Notes: generated by a model from the letters alone, not told the origin. Numbered from the stretch's first letter, positions 1-7,922 are shown. The stretch: DNA of 32,000 bases from Pseudoalteromonas translucida KMM 520 (GCF_001465295.1 NZ_CP011034.1:630001-662000); one strand, 5' to 3'. Made by a program: numbers and translations.

Positions 1-1055
1 AAACACCGCCAACTGACGAGTACGGCATGCGCGTAAGTGCGCTGAGTATTGCAAGTCAAACCTTGCTTGAACAATTAAACGTATGGCCACACATAGTTGC
101 CTTGCGTGCTAGTGCCTATACCCATATGGATGTGCGCGATGCCGACAGCTTTGGCAAAATAGCTTTTAATAGTGAGCAACTAGAGCTTGATCATTTAGGT
201 CATATAGTTGAAAACGATATTATTTGCTACGCGCTTATAAAGGAGCTGGAGCAGCAGGCAAATGCTACGCTGATGTTCGACACTTGTTATCAGCAAATAC
301 ACCAAAGCGAATCGGATGTATTTGTTACTTTAAAAAGTGGTGAGCCAATCATTGCAAAGCTGCTGGTGGCCGCCGATGGTGCTAATTCGGCAATTCGAAA
401 GCAATTTAATATGGCGCTGAGCTTTAAAGACTACGACCACCATGCATTGGTGGCTACAGTTAAAACTCAAGAGCCACACGCCAATACCGCACGCCAAGTG
501 TTTTTACCAAGCGGGCCATTAGCATTTTTACCGTTGAGCGATGCCAACACCCATTCAATTGTGTGGTCTACAAACCCAACGCATTGTGAAGAGCTGTTAG
601 CAATGGACGACAACCAGTTTAACAAAGCCATTATGGCGGCGATAGACGGCCAATGTGGTTTGTGTGAAGTGCAAAGTGTACGCGCTGCATTTCCACTTAA
701 AATGCGTTATGCCCAGCAATGGGTTGCAGGTAAAGTCGTATTAATTGGCGATGCTGCACATACGATTCATCCGCTTGCAGGCTTGGGGATGAACCTAGGG
801 TTAAAAGATGCCGCTTATTTAATTGAGTTACTAACAAGTGATAATAAAGAATTTGCCAGCACGCGTACTTTACGTGATTACGAGCGTACCCGTAAACTCG
901 ATGCGCAAAAACACATTGCCATGATGTACTCTTTAAAAGAGTTATTTGCCGGTGCTAACCCAATTAAAAAACTAATTCGTGGAGTTGGGCTTTCAATGGT
1001 TGATAACTTAGGCCCAATAAAGCATTTGTTTGCTAAAGAAGCGATAGGAAAGTAA
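1..1055 (+). CDS. UbiH/UbiF/VisC (COQ6)-family FAD-dependent ubiquinone-biosynthesis hydroxylase, 5'-truncated by the window edge
   Basis: The frame is open from nt 3 with no stop before the ATG at 27, so the gene starts upstream of the window. It carries the flavoprotein-monooxygenase fingerprint LIGDAAHTIHPLAGLGMNLGLKDA. The N-terminal GxGxxG fold is missing, as expected for a truncated copy. Confidence 0.85.
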   Translation, partial: TPPTDEYGMRVSALSIASQTLLEQLNVWPHIVALRASAYTHMDVRDADSFGKIAFNSEQLELDHLGHIVENDIICYALIKELEQQANATLMFDTCYQQIHQSESDVFVTLKSGEPIIAKLLVAADGANSAIRKQFNMALSFKDYDHHALVATVKTQEPHANTARQVFLPSGPLAFLPLSDANTHSIVWSTNPTHCEELLAMDDNQFNKAIMAAIDGQCGLCEVQSVRAAFPLKMRYAQQWVAGKVVLIGDAAHTIHPLAGLGMNLGLKDAAYLIELLTSDNKEFASTRTLRDYERTRKLDAQKHIAMMYSLKELFAGANPIKKLIRGVGLSMVDNLGPIKHLFAKEAIGK

Positions 1056-1098
1056 GCGTATTAGTAAGCGTATTAGTAAGCGTATTAGTAAGCGAATA
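1051..1098. repeat. 12-bp tandem repeat (agtaagcgtatt, about 4 copies, last copy degenerate)
   Basis: Direct reading: agtaagcgtatt agtaagcgtatt agtaagcgtatt agtaagcgaata. The first unit contains the TAA stop (1053-1055) of the upstream hydroxylase gene. Confidence 0.9.
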
Positions 1099-1133
1099 AA
1101 AAGCCGTGGTTATTTTAACCGCGGCTTTTTATT
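1098..1133 (+). terminator. Rho-independent terminator
   Basis: Stem aagccgtgg (1101-1109) pairs with ccgcggctt (1119-1127), with one G-U pair. It is followed by a T-run (ctttttatt) and preceded by an A-run. Confidence 0.75.
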
Positions 1134-1197
1134 ATCTATCTAGAATTAAAGAATTAAGTAACATTTAATTTTTTAGCCAATGTTTTAGATAATATTT

Positions 1198-2196
1198 TTA
1201 AGTAATACTTTTTAGATATTGCAGTGGGGTGCAGTTATACCAGCGTTTAAAAGCACGATTAAATGAACTTTGGTCATTAAAGCCAAGTTTAATTGCTATG
1301 TTACTTAATGGCTCTTTGCCAATACACAGTATTACGCGCCTTTTACGCTCTTGCTCAAGTAAGTCGGCAAACGATATTTGTTCGCGCTTTAAATGACGTT
1401 GTAAGGTGCGCGGGGTCATGTTTAGTGCGCCTGCTGTACGTATTAAACTGCAGTCGATTAAGTCATTTTTAGCCATAAATAACTGGCTAATTTTTTCGGT
1501 TAGTAACTGCTGGCTTTTAAAGCGCGAAAGTTGCTGCTCAGAAACCTGTTTAAGCACTAAGTTAATTTGCGTATTGTCGGTTTTAAATGGCAGTGCTAAA
1601 TAACTGCTCGGAAATACCACTTGGTTATACTGCGCGTTAGTTTTAACAGGGCAGTTAAACCAGCTTGCGAGTGTTGTTTTTTCATTGCTGGTAAAAGCTT
1701 GGGTAAAATAAATAGTACTGGGCGATAGCTGTGGGTTTAATAGTTGCCGAATAACACTTACCCAAGCGGTCATATTACGTAAAATAACCTGTGGGCTGCA
1801 GTTAGCATTAGGTAGCCAACGAATAATTGCCAACTCACCTTGCAGCTCAAACTCTGCCTTACCAATATCTGCAACTAAACTGTCGTAGTTAAGTAGTGCG
1901 GTAATAGCGCTGGCTAAGTTATTACTCGATTCAATTAAGTAACCCAATACCCCAAAGTCGGCAGTACGAATTTGCTGACCAAGCTTAAAGCCAAACAAAG
2001 GCTCGCTTAGGGTTTGCTGAGCATAGTTTAGCAGTGCATTGTAACTGTTTAAGCTAATGCGTGGCGCGAGTTGCTGAGCCTGCTTATTACTGTATTCATT
2101 AAAGCTAATAGCCGACAAAACAGCTTGGCTATTAAGTCCAAGTGTTTCAAGGTAATCAATACAGCTTGAAAAATAATGATCGGCAAGCGTGCTCAT
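1198..2196 (-). CDS. AraC-family transcriptional regulator (N-terminal ligand/dimerisation domain plus C-terminal dual HTH)
   Basis: The C-terminus RTLQRHLKREQISFADLLEQERKRRVILCIGKEPLSNIAIKLGFNDQSSFNRAFKRWYNCTPLQY is a typical AraC/XylS HTH. I set the start at the first ATG (MSTLADHYF, cat at 2194-2196). The track ORF begins at an upstream TTG and would overlap the divergent gene. Confidence 0.85.
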   Translation of the reverse strand: MSTLADHYFSSCIDYLETLGLNSQAVLSAISFNEYSNKQAQQLAPRISLNSYNALLNYAQQTLSEPLFGFKLGQQIRTADFGVLGYLIESSNNLASAITALLNYDSLVADIGKAEFELQGELAIIRWLPNANCSPQVILRNMTAWVSVIRQLLNPQLSPSTIYFTQAFTSNEKTTLASWFNCPVKTNAQYNQVVFPSSYLALPFKTDNTQINLVLKQVSEQQLSRFKSQQLLTEKISQLFMAKNDLIDCSLIRTAGALNMTPRTLQRHLKREQISFADLLEQERKRRVILCIGKEPLSNIAIKLGFNDQSSFNRAFKRWYNCTPLQYLKSIT

Positions 2197-2292
2197 TTGT
2201 CGCCTAAAGCTAAAAAATGGTCGTGTAACAGCAAGTTTGCCACGAAAAAATTTTATATGGTAGGGCATTATGAAAATACTTATTATATAAAA

Positions 2293-2736
2293 ATGATACA
2301 AATAACCTTAAAACAAAAGATTGCAGCAACGCCTCTACAAGTTAGAGACGCATTGCTTAATCATGCGCAATTAGAACGTTTTTTTAATGCTAAATTTGTT
2401 CTGCTAAAAAAGCAAAATGAAGGCGAAATAGTTGGCGGTAAAGGTGCTATTAGGCAAGTTATAATGGCAGGGATTCGCTTTGAAGAGCGTATAATTAGCG
2501 CCGACAGCAATCATATTAGTTATCAAATAATAGGCAATAAACCAGTTGCAGAGCACCGTGGCGATATTTATTTTTGCGTTAGCGATAATGCCCCAACAAG
2601 CACCGAAGTTACCTATAACATACGCTGTAAAATACCATGGTGGCTGCCAAGCTTTGTGGTTAAGTTTTTTATTAAAAAAGATATAGCACAAGCGCTTAAT
2701 AAACTAAAAGCCAACTTTAAGGGCAACATATCATGA
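2293..2736 (+). CDS. SRPBCC (START/Bet v1/polyketide-cyclase-like) ligand-binding domain protein
   Basis: The 147-aa product from ATG 2293 (MIQITLKQKIAATPLQVRDALLNHAQLERFF...) has the size and N-terminal pattern of polyketide_cyc2/SRPBCC proteins. The family was recognised from memory. Its stop overlaps the next start (ATGA at 2733-2736). Confidence 0.6.
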   Translation: MIQITLKQKIAATPLQVRDALLNHAQLERFFNAKFVLLKKQNEGEIVGGKGAIRQVIMAGIRFEERIISADSNHISYQIIGNKPVAEHRGDIYFCVSDNAPTSTEVTYNIRCKIPWWLPSFVVKFFIKKDIAQALNKLKANFKGNIS

Positions 2737-3545
2737 GCATAGAAATCATTTTACTTGCCCTTAGCCCTGTATTTATTATTTTTGTAAGTTATGAATTTAT
2801 TAAATATCGGCGCTATTACGACATAAAAGACAGCTTGGCGAATACAGCACTGGCGCTTATGCACCAAGGCGCCGATGCAATTGCTTTAATTGTGCTAATG
2901 CCATTTTTTTATTGGCTGCATCAATATAGATTATTTGATATTGAACTGTCGGTGCTGACGATATTTGGCGCCTTTTTACTACAAGACTTTTTGTATTATT
3001 GGTTTCATAAAGCATCGCACCATATTCATTGGTTATGGGCTGCCCATGTGGTGCATCACAGTTCAACAAAAATGAACTTTTCAACCGCATTTAGGCAAAG
3101 CTTAATGTATCCGCTTGCGGGTATGTGGTTATTTTGGTTGCCAATGATATTAATCGGCTTTGATCCGCTGAGTGTATTTACCGTGGTGGCGCTTAATTTG
3201 GCCTATCAGTTTTTTGTGCATACCCAAACGGTAAGTACACTAGGCTGGTTTGAAAAGATATTTAACACCCCATCGCATCATCGAGTACATCATGCTATTA
3301 ACCCCGGCTACTTAGATAAAAACTTTGCCGGTGTACTCATTATTTGGGATAAGTTATTTGGCACTTACGCTGAGGAAAAAGCCGATAAACCGTGTAAGTA
3401 CGGTATTGTGGGGCAGTTAAATAGTAACAACCCACTGACCATAACTTTTCATCAATGGGCTTACTTAGTAAAAAGTGCATTTAAAGCAAAAGGGGTAACG
3501 GCAAAACTAAAAGTAATATTTGGCTACCCTACAAGTTCCAATTAA
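2733..3545 (+). CDS. Fatty-acid hydroxylase / sterol desaturase superfamily membrane di-iron oxygenase
   Basis: Three histidine boxes are present: HKASHH, HVVHH and HHRVHH. The product has several TM segments and is translationally coupled to the SRPBCC gene. Confidence 0.8.
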   Translation: MSIEIILLALSPVFIIFVSYEFIKYRRYYDIKDSLANTALALMHQGADAIALIVLMPFFYWLHQYRLFDIELSVLTIFGAFLLQDFLYYWFHKASHHIHWLWAAHVVHHSSTKMNFSTAFRQSLMYPLAGMWLFWLPMILIGFDPLSVFTVVALNLAYQFFVHTQTVSTLGWFEKIFNTPSHHRVHHAINPGYLDKNFAGVLIIWDKLFGTYAEEKADKPCKYGIVGQLNSNNPLTITFHQWAYLVKSAFKAKGVTAKLKVIFGYPTSSN

Positions 3546-3549
3546 CTGC

Positions 3550-3945
3550 TTATTTAGCGCGTCGTATAGCGATATTTTTACTGCGTGGTGCGCCTAATAT
3601 AATGAATAAGTGACAAATACATACCGACAAAAATGCACTCACACCTAAAGCACCGCCGTAGCCGTCGAGTATGGGTACTAAGTATTCAAATAATAACGAA
3701 AATATAATAGCGGAGCTGGCAAGCGTATATATGCCAAAGCGGTGTGGGGCGCTCATACCAATAAAAGTACCACCAAAAAACACAACGCTGTATAACTCAG
3801 GATCAAGGTTAAGCCAGTAAAAAATTAAGTAAGTAACTATAGATAAGGCCGCAGAAGCTCTAATACCATCAAAACGACTATGCTTGGCTAAATAAAATGT
3901 TAAAAAAGCGCCTATCAAAGCTAATATAGAATATTCAATACTCAT
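3550..3945 (-). CDS. Small polytopic membrane protein, paralog B (131 aa), family unassigned
   Basis: ATG start. The product is hydrophobic throughout with a basic C-terminal tail (PRSKNIAIRRAK). It shares motifs with the upstream neighbour (GGTFIGMS, GYGGALGVSAF). Confidence 0.7.
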   Translation of the reverse strand: MSIEYSILALIGAFLTFYLAKHSRFDGIRASAALSIVTYLIFYWLNLDPELYSVVFFGGTFIGMSAPHRFGIYTLASSAIIFSLLFEYLVPILDGYGGALGVSAFLSVCICHLFIILGAPRSKNIAIRRAK

Positions 3946-4310
3946 TACACTAAGCCTTTAGCTAAAGAATACAAAGCAACACTTGCAAAGGCTACACTGC
4001 CTAATCGGCCACCAAAACCAGCAAATGCATTTAAGGTAAGGGTGTACAGCGTTGCGCCAATAATTGAGATTATCGCTACTTCCCAATAGCTAGTAATTAA
4101 GCTAGTTGAGCACATACCGGCAAAGCTACCTGCATATATGGCCGCATAAGGGTGGTTTTGATAAAGCTTAGGAAAAGGAACAAACGAGCCAACTAGCCCG
4201 GTTAATGCTGCAGATATAACAAGCGGTAATGCAAAGGTTGTGTGCATTACAAAGCACGACATACAGCCGGCAAAAAATGTGATGGACTTTAATAATAAAA
4301 ATTTAATCAT
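3945..4310 (-). CDS. Small polytopic membrane protein, paralog A (121 aa from first ATG), family unassigned
   Basis: The track ORF starts at TTG 4319; the first ATG is at 4308-4310 (MIKFLLLKS). Motifs AGSFAGMCS and GFGGRLGSVAF are shared with paralog B. Its stop overlaps the start of paralog B (TAATG). Confidence 0.7.
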   Translation of the reverse strand: MIKFLLLKSITFFAGCMSCFVMHTTFALPLVISAALTGLVGSFVPFPKLYQNHPYAAIYAGSFAGMCSTSLITSYWEVAIISIIGATLYTLTLNAFAGFGGRLGSVAFASVALYSLAKGLV

Positions 4311-4569
4311 AGCGCGCAAATTAGTACCTTATAGCGTGCGTATAATAAAGTAACACTTTAATGTTTGATAGCACAAAGCTAGAATTTTATAGCATAACTA
4401 ATAATAGCTAATTGCCAAAAATAGTAAGTGTCAGAATTTAATCATTTTATTAGCCCAATAGCAGTAAGGGTTGTAAATGCTAAAATATACTCGTTAATGT
4501 TCTATAAATTACAAAGCATGTATAATGCTGACTGTTTAATTTATTAAAAGCTATTATCAAGGGTAATTT

Positions 4570-5004
4570 ATGTCTAACTGTTTACATCTGGCTATTCCGG
4601 CTGGTGATTTAAATATAGCTAAAACTTTTTATTGCGATGTACTTGGCTGTAAAACCGGAAATAGCGAGCAAGGACGCTGGATAGATATTGATTTTTGGGG
4701 TAACGAGTTAACACTGCACCAAAGTGTTGAGCGCCTACCTACAGTTCGCCATGATGTTGATATGGGCGCAGTTGCCGTACCACATTTTGGTATTCATTTA
4801 TCTGAAAACGAATTTAATGCGTTAAAACAACGTATTGAAAACGCGGGCTTAGAGTATTTAGATAAGCCATATCGCCGTTTTATAGGAGATGAGTTTGAAC
4901 AAGAAACATTTTTTATAGAAGATCCAAACGGTAACGTACTCGAAATGAAAACCATGGTTAACCCTGAGGTTTTATTTAAGAAAAGTAAAGTTAGGGTCTG
5001 CTGA
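4570..5004 (+). CDS. VOC-family (glyoxalase/bleomycin-resistance/dioxygenase fold) protein
   Basis: The 144-aa product has the N-terminal HLAIPAGDL...AKTFYCDVLG pattern and the C-terminal FFIEDPNGNVLEMK pattern typical of the VOC beta-alpha-beta-beta-beta modules. An aaggg Shine-Dalgarno sits upstream. Confidence 0.75.
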   Translation: MSNCLHLAIPAGDLNIAKTFYCDVLGCKTGNSEQGRWIDIDFWGNELTLHQSVERLPTVRHDVDMGAVAVPHFGIHLSENEFNALKQRIENAGLEYLDKPYRRFIGDEFEQETFFIEDPNGNVLEMKTMVNPEVLFKKSKVRVC

Positions 5005-5154
5005 CCTAGGCAGAACGCTTCGGGCAGCGCATGTTTGGCATTAATGCTATTTTATCGCCTATTTATGGGGAATAACCACACCACATAGGCTCTGCCTTGC
5101 CTAAATACCAAACACACTGCTGCAAATTCAACCTTGAAAGATCAACAGACCCTT
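4991..5154. repeat. About 160-bp element with imperfect terminal inverted repeats (MITE-like or REP-like palindromic element, or a structured RNA)
   Basis: agggtctgctga (4993-5004) matches the reverse complement of tcaacagaccct (5142-5153) at 11 of 12 positions. Inner arms gcagcgcatgtttggcattaatgc (5024-5047) and gcctaaataccaaacacactgctgc (5099-5123) are about 70% complementary. Confidence 0.45.
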
Positions 5155-5161
5155 ATATTGT

Positions 5162-5198
5162 CCGCTTGTTTACTTTATTAAATAAGGCAAACAAGCGG
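5162..5198. terminator. Hairpin between convergent genes (possible terminator, no clear U-tract)
   Basis: A 10-bp perfect stem: ccgcttgttt (5162-5171) pairs with aaacaagcgg (5189-5198), with a 17-nt AT-rich loop. Confidence 0.4.
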
Positions 5199-5220
5199 GG
5201 CAGTAATAATTCAGTTACCT

Positions 5221-6032
5221 TTATTGTGGACTAGCAGGGCTTAATACAAGTTTACTAAAGCTCACTTGTGCATAGTCACCGTTTTGTTTATCTGTAGCCC
5301 AGTCGCCCGTACCTAAACAGCCCGGATACCAAATGCCTTTAGCATTTTTGGTACTACATTGGTTATACGCGCCGGCTTTAAAGTAGTGCCAATCAGCCGC
5401 ATACCCATGCGGGTGCTCTTTTTCGTCTACGTTGCCATACGCATCTACGTTATTACCTAAGTTAATAGAGTAGCTAACATCGTTTTTGCCTGCTGTGCTA
5501 AATGTTAGGTGCATCACATTTTTATACACGTTTACTGTGTAACTAAATTCTTTACCTAATGCGATACCAGCATTGCCTGGCTCGTTAGGGTTTTCCCATG
5601 TGTTACCCCAAACAGGATAAGCTATATCAGTACGGTTAGGATCTGCTTTTGGTAGGTTACGCTCGTAGTTCCAAAAAACCGATCCCGTTTTATGTCCAGG
5701 CCACTTTTTATAATATATTTTAGTGGCTCGTTGCCCCAGCTATAGCCAAGCTTAGTGTCAATAAGCGCCTGAACTTTACCTGCGTGAATTTGCCCCGCAA
5801 CAACAGAGTAGGCTGCATTTTTACTTGGATCAGTAGCACGTAATGCAACATGATCTACTTTTAGCATTGCTTCCATTTTGCCACCAATAGAGCCAAATTG
5901 ATTCGATAGTGGGTGTACAGCAAGAGCAAAATTGTTTTTAAGACTTTTGGTTTTTATTTTTGTATTTGCTCCGCGGAGCATTTGCCTAAATTCACTGCGT
6001 GTATTGGTAGAATTGGCACTCGTGAGTGCTTT
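5221..6032 (-). pseudogene. PL7-family alginate lyase remnant (N-terminally truncated, one frameshift)
   Basis: All three PL7 signature blocks are present on the minus strand: RSEFR (5985-5999), QIH (5784-5792) and YFKAGAYNQ (5359-5385). RSEFR lies upstream of the only ATG, 12 codons after an in-frame TAA (6033-6035), with no start codon or signal peptide. The QIH and YFKAG blocks are in different frames. Shifting frame at the T4 run 5718-5721 restores continuous ...WGNEPLKIYYKKWPGHKTGSVFWNYERNLPKADPNRTDIAYPVWGNTWENPNEPGNAGIALGKEFSYTVNVYKNVMHLTF... Confidence 0.8.
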
Positions 6033-6166
6033 TTAGTTGCTTAATAGTAATGCCAATTTATTCTCAATTGAGAAAATAATTTTAAGTTATTAAAAAATAG
6101 CTATAAATTAGTCGTAAAAAGATAAATATGCCCTGATGAGATGATTTAAATTCAACTCAATATTGA

Positions 6167-6194
6167 TTGACTGTATTAACTAAGTAAGTAGAAT
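6167..6194 (+). promoter_or_regulatory. Sigma70-like promoter candidate (TTGACT-N16-TAGAAT)
   Basis: TTGACT is at 6167-6172 and TAGAAT at 6189-6194, 35 nt upstream of the ATG at 6229. Confidence 0.45.
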
Positions 6195-6228
6195 TTGCGC
6201 CATTACTCACCTTTTATTATTACTACTC

Positions 6229-7029
6229 ATGTTAGTTAAATTAATGGTTGCTCCGCTATTACTGCTCTTTATTTCTTACGCGCAAAAAAAGTTTGGTAGT
6301 TTTATAAGCGGTATTATTCCCGGCTTGCCAATCACCTCTGGGCCTATTTCATATTTTATTGCTATAGAGCAAGGAAAACTGTTTGCAGCTAACTCCGCGG
6401 TGGGCGCTTTATATGGCATGAGTGGTATTGGTTTATTTTGCTTTGTGTATATGGCGGTTTCGTATAAGTGTGGCTTAGTAAAGTCGTTGTTAACAGCGCT
6501 GAGTGTGTGGTGTTTATTTAGCATATTGACATTATTTTTACCGGTTAATATTTTTGTAGCATGCTTGTTCTCTATTAGTACTTTATTGGCTTTAACTTTT
6601 GCAACTACAAAATTAAAAGTAGCGATAGATGCAAAGCCTTTAAATTCAAAATGGGAGCTGCCAATAAAAATAGTGTTAGTAACCAGTTTTATTATGTTGG
6701 TTACCTTTATTTCTGAGCATATTGGTTCGGCATGGAGTGGATTGCTTTCTACTTTTCCGGTTATTTTAGCGGTAATGGGCAGCATAGCGTATATCAGTGA
6801 TAAAAAAGACTCAGCGCTTAAAATACTAAACGGCGGTATTATTGGCTCATTAGGTGGATGTATATTTTTTGCAGTTATTGCATTGCTATTAAAATACGAT
6901 ATTTTAATTTGGCAAGTTTATACAGTGGCGACTATTAGCTCGGTATTGTTTACGCTTATTTTTAGCCATTTTATAAACCGTAAATATGTTAATCCTGTTG
7001 CTTTTAGTACCGCTAAAACGCAGCTTTAG
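6229..7029 (+). CDS. Polytopic inner-membrane protein with internal duplication, family unassigned
   Basis: The 266-aa product is hydrophobic throughout. The N and C halves align (FGSFISGIIPGLP...GALYGMSGIG versus IGSAWSGLLSTFP...GGIIGSLGGC). No clear Shine-Dalgarno, so the start is uncertain (alternative Met6). Confidence 0.7.
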   Translation: MLVKLMVAPLLLLFISYAQKKFGSFISGIIPGLPITSGPISYFIAIEQGKLFAANSAVGALYGMSGIGLFCFVYMAVSYKCGLVKSLLTALSVWCLFSILTLFLPVNIFVACLFSISTLLALTFATTKLKVAIDAKPLNSKWELPIKIVLVTSFIMLVTFISEHIGSAWSGLLSTFPVILAVMGSIAYISDKKDSALKILNGGIIGSLGGCIFFAVIALLLKYDILIWQVYTVATISSVLFTLIFSHFINRKYVNPVAFSTAKTQL

Positions 7030-7037
7030 CGGTTTGT

Positions 7038-7922
7038 TTACAGTAACATTTCTTTTGGTGTTTTATTAAAGTGGCGTTTAAATTCTCGGCTAAATTGCGA
7101 TGGGCTGGTATAGCCTACTTTTAATGCGGCTTCGTTGGCTTTGCTGCCATTGGCGGTTATAAGTGCTTTTGCTTTAGCTAAACGCAACTTTTTTAAATAC
7201 TGCAACGGCGACTCAAAAGTCACTTGTTTAAAGGCGCGATGAAACGACGAAATACTCATATTTACGTCCTCTGCTAACCCCTCTACTGTGATGGGGTTTG
7301 CATAATTGCTATGCATAATAGACAGTGTGCGCGCTATACGTGCGTAGTGGCCGTCGTGCATAGCAAGGCCAAACAAGGTATGTCCTTGGGGGCCGCAAAG
7401 TACACGATATACTAATTCTTTAACTATATCTTCGCCAAATACTTGTGCTTCAAGTGGGTTATTTAACACAGTTAATAAACGCTTAGTTACCCGTTCCATT
7501 GCGTTATCGAGTTTAGCCGATTGCACGCCACTCATTTGCCCGCATGTTGGTGGTAGAGCAAATTGTTTATGCTCAGTCATTTGGTTAACGAGTTTGTGCA
7601 ATAACGCAGGGTTAATATCAATAGCAATCCCAAGTACTGGTAGGTCACCATCAGTAAAGGCTTCGCATTCTAACGGTACAGGAACGCCCAATACTAAATA
7701 ATCCCCCGCACCATATTGTATTTTATGATCTGTAAAATGAATTACTTTATGCCCTTGCCCGACCACAATAATCCCAGAGTTATAAATAAGCGGCTGTCGC
7801 GGCGAGCTTTTACTGGCGCGATGAAAATAGACTCCAGTAATAATGGTTTCCATCGTGCCTTCAAAATTGTGTAACTGGTTGTGCTCTGCGTACTGCTGCA
7901 GCATATTGGCAATGGTGGGCAT
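7038..7922 (-). CDS. yqhC: AraC-family regulator, YqhC-like (aldehyde-responsive activator type)
   Basis: The N-terminal block YFHRASKSSPRQPLIYNSGIIVVGQGHK...YLVLGVPVPLECE resembles E. coli YqhC (LFRASQPTPRTPLLYQPGLCILAQGHK...YLVLSVPLPFECE, from memory). An AraC HTH is at the C-terminus. The gene is divergent from a yqhD-like gene, as in E. coli. I chose the start at Met40 of the track ORF (MPTIANML) to match the YqhC N-terminus length. Confidence 0.8.
   Translation of the reverse strand: MPTIANMLQQYAEHNQLHNFEGTMETIITGVYFHRASKSSPRQPLIYNSGIIVVGQGHKVIHFTDHKIQYGAGDYLVLGVPVPLECEAFTDGDLPVLGIAIDINPALLHKLVNQMTEHKQFALPPTCGQMSGVQSAKLDNAMERVTKRLLTVLNNPLEAQVFGEDIVKELVYRVLCGPQGHTLFGLAMHDGHYARIARTLSIMHSNYANPITVEGLAEDVNMSISSFHRAFKQVTFESPLQYLKKLRLAKAKALITANGSKANEAALKVGYTSPSQFSREFKRHFNKTPKEMLL

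Noticed and set aside
1051-1098. The tandem repeat checked as a possible CRISPR array.
   Set aside because: The units are 12 bp, directly abutting with no spacers, and no cas genes are present. It is a simple minisatellite.
2197-2301. N-terminal extensions of track ORFs that start at TTG/GTG or at far-upstream ATG codons: 2197-2301, 2176-2292, 4311-4319, 7923-8039, 10182-10283 and 24224-24256.
   Set aside because: The extensions overlap divergent genes or promoters, lack homology-like sequence, and precede an internal ATG that gives the expected family N-terminus or signal peptide. Exact starts remain uncertain.
4498-4526. TATAAT at 4521-4526 upstream of the VOC gene as a promoter.
   Set aside because: No acceptable -35 at 16-18 nt (tgttct), and the adjacent TG is not correctly spaced for an extended -10. 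This is too weak to list as a feature.
6276-6785. 169-aa ORF antisense to the 6229-7029 membrane-protein gene. The same applies to other antisense track ORFs: 1406-1603, 2404-2691, 2857-3090, 7742-7963, 8328-8555, 9361-9585, 10721-10972, 11191-11439, 11947-12253, 12404-12598, 13773-14123, 14217-14576, 15072-15290, 15471-15857, 16105-16314, 16685-16900, 18687-19008, 19986-20331, 21552-21743, 23625-23903, 25946-26215, 26954-27151, 29601-30514 and 31501-31746.
   Set aside because: Each lies wholly inside a longer ORF that has clear family signatures. Most are on the opposite strand; a few are alternate-frame ORFs on the same strand. Their translations are low-complexity with no recognisable motifs or ribosome-binding sites, which is typical of shadow ORFs.
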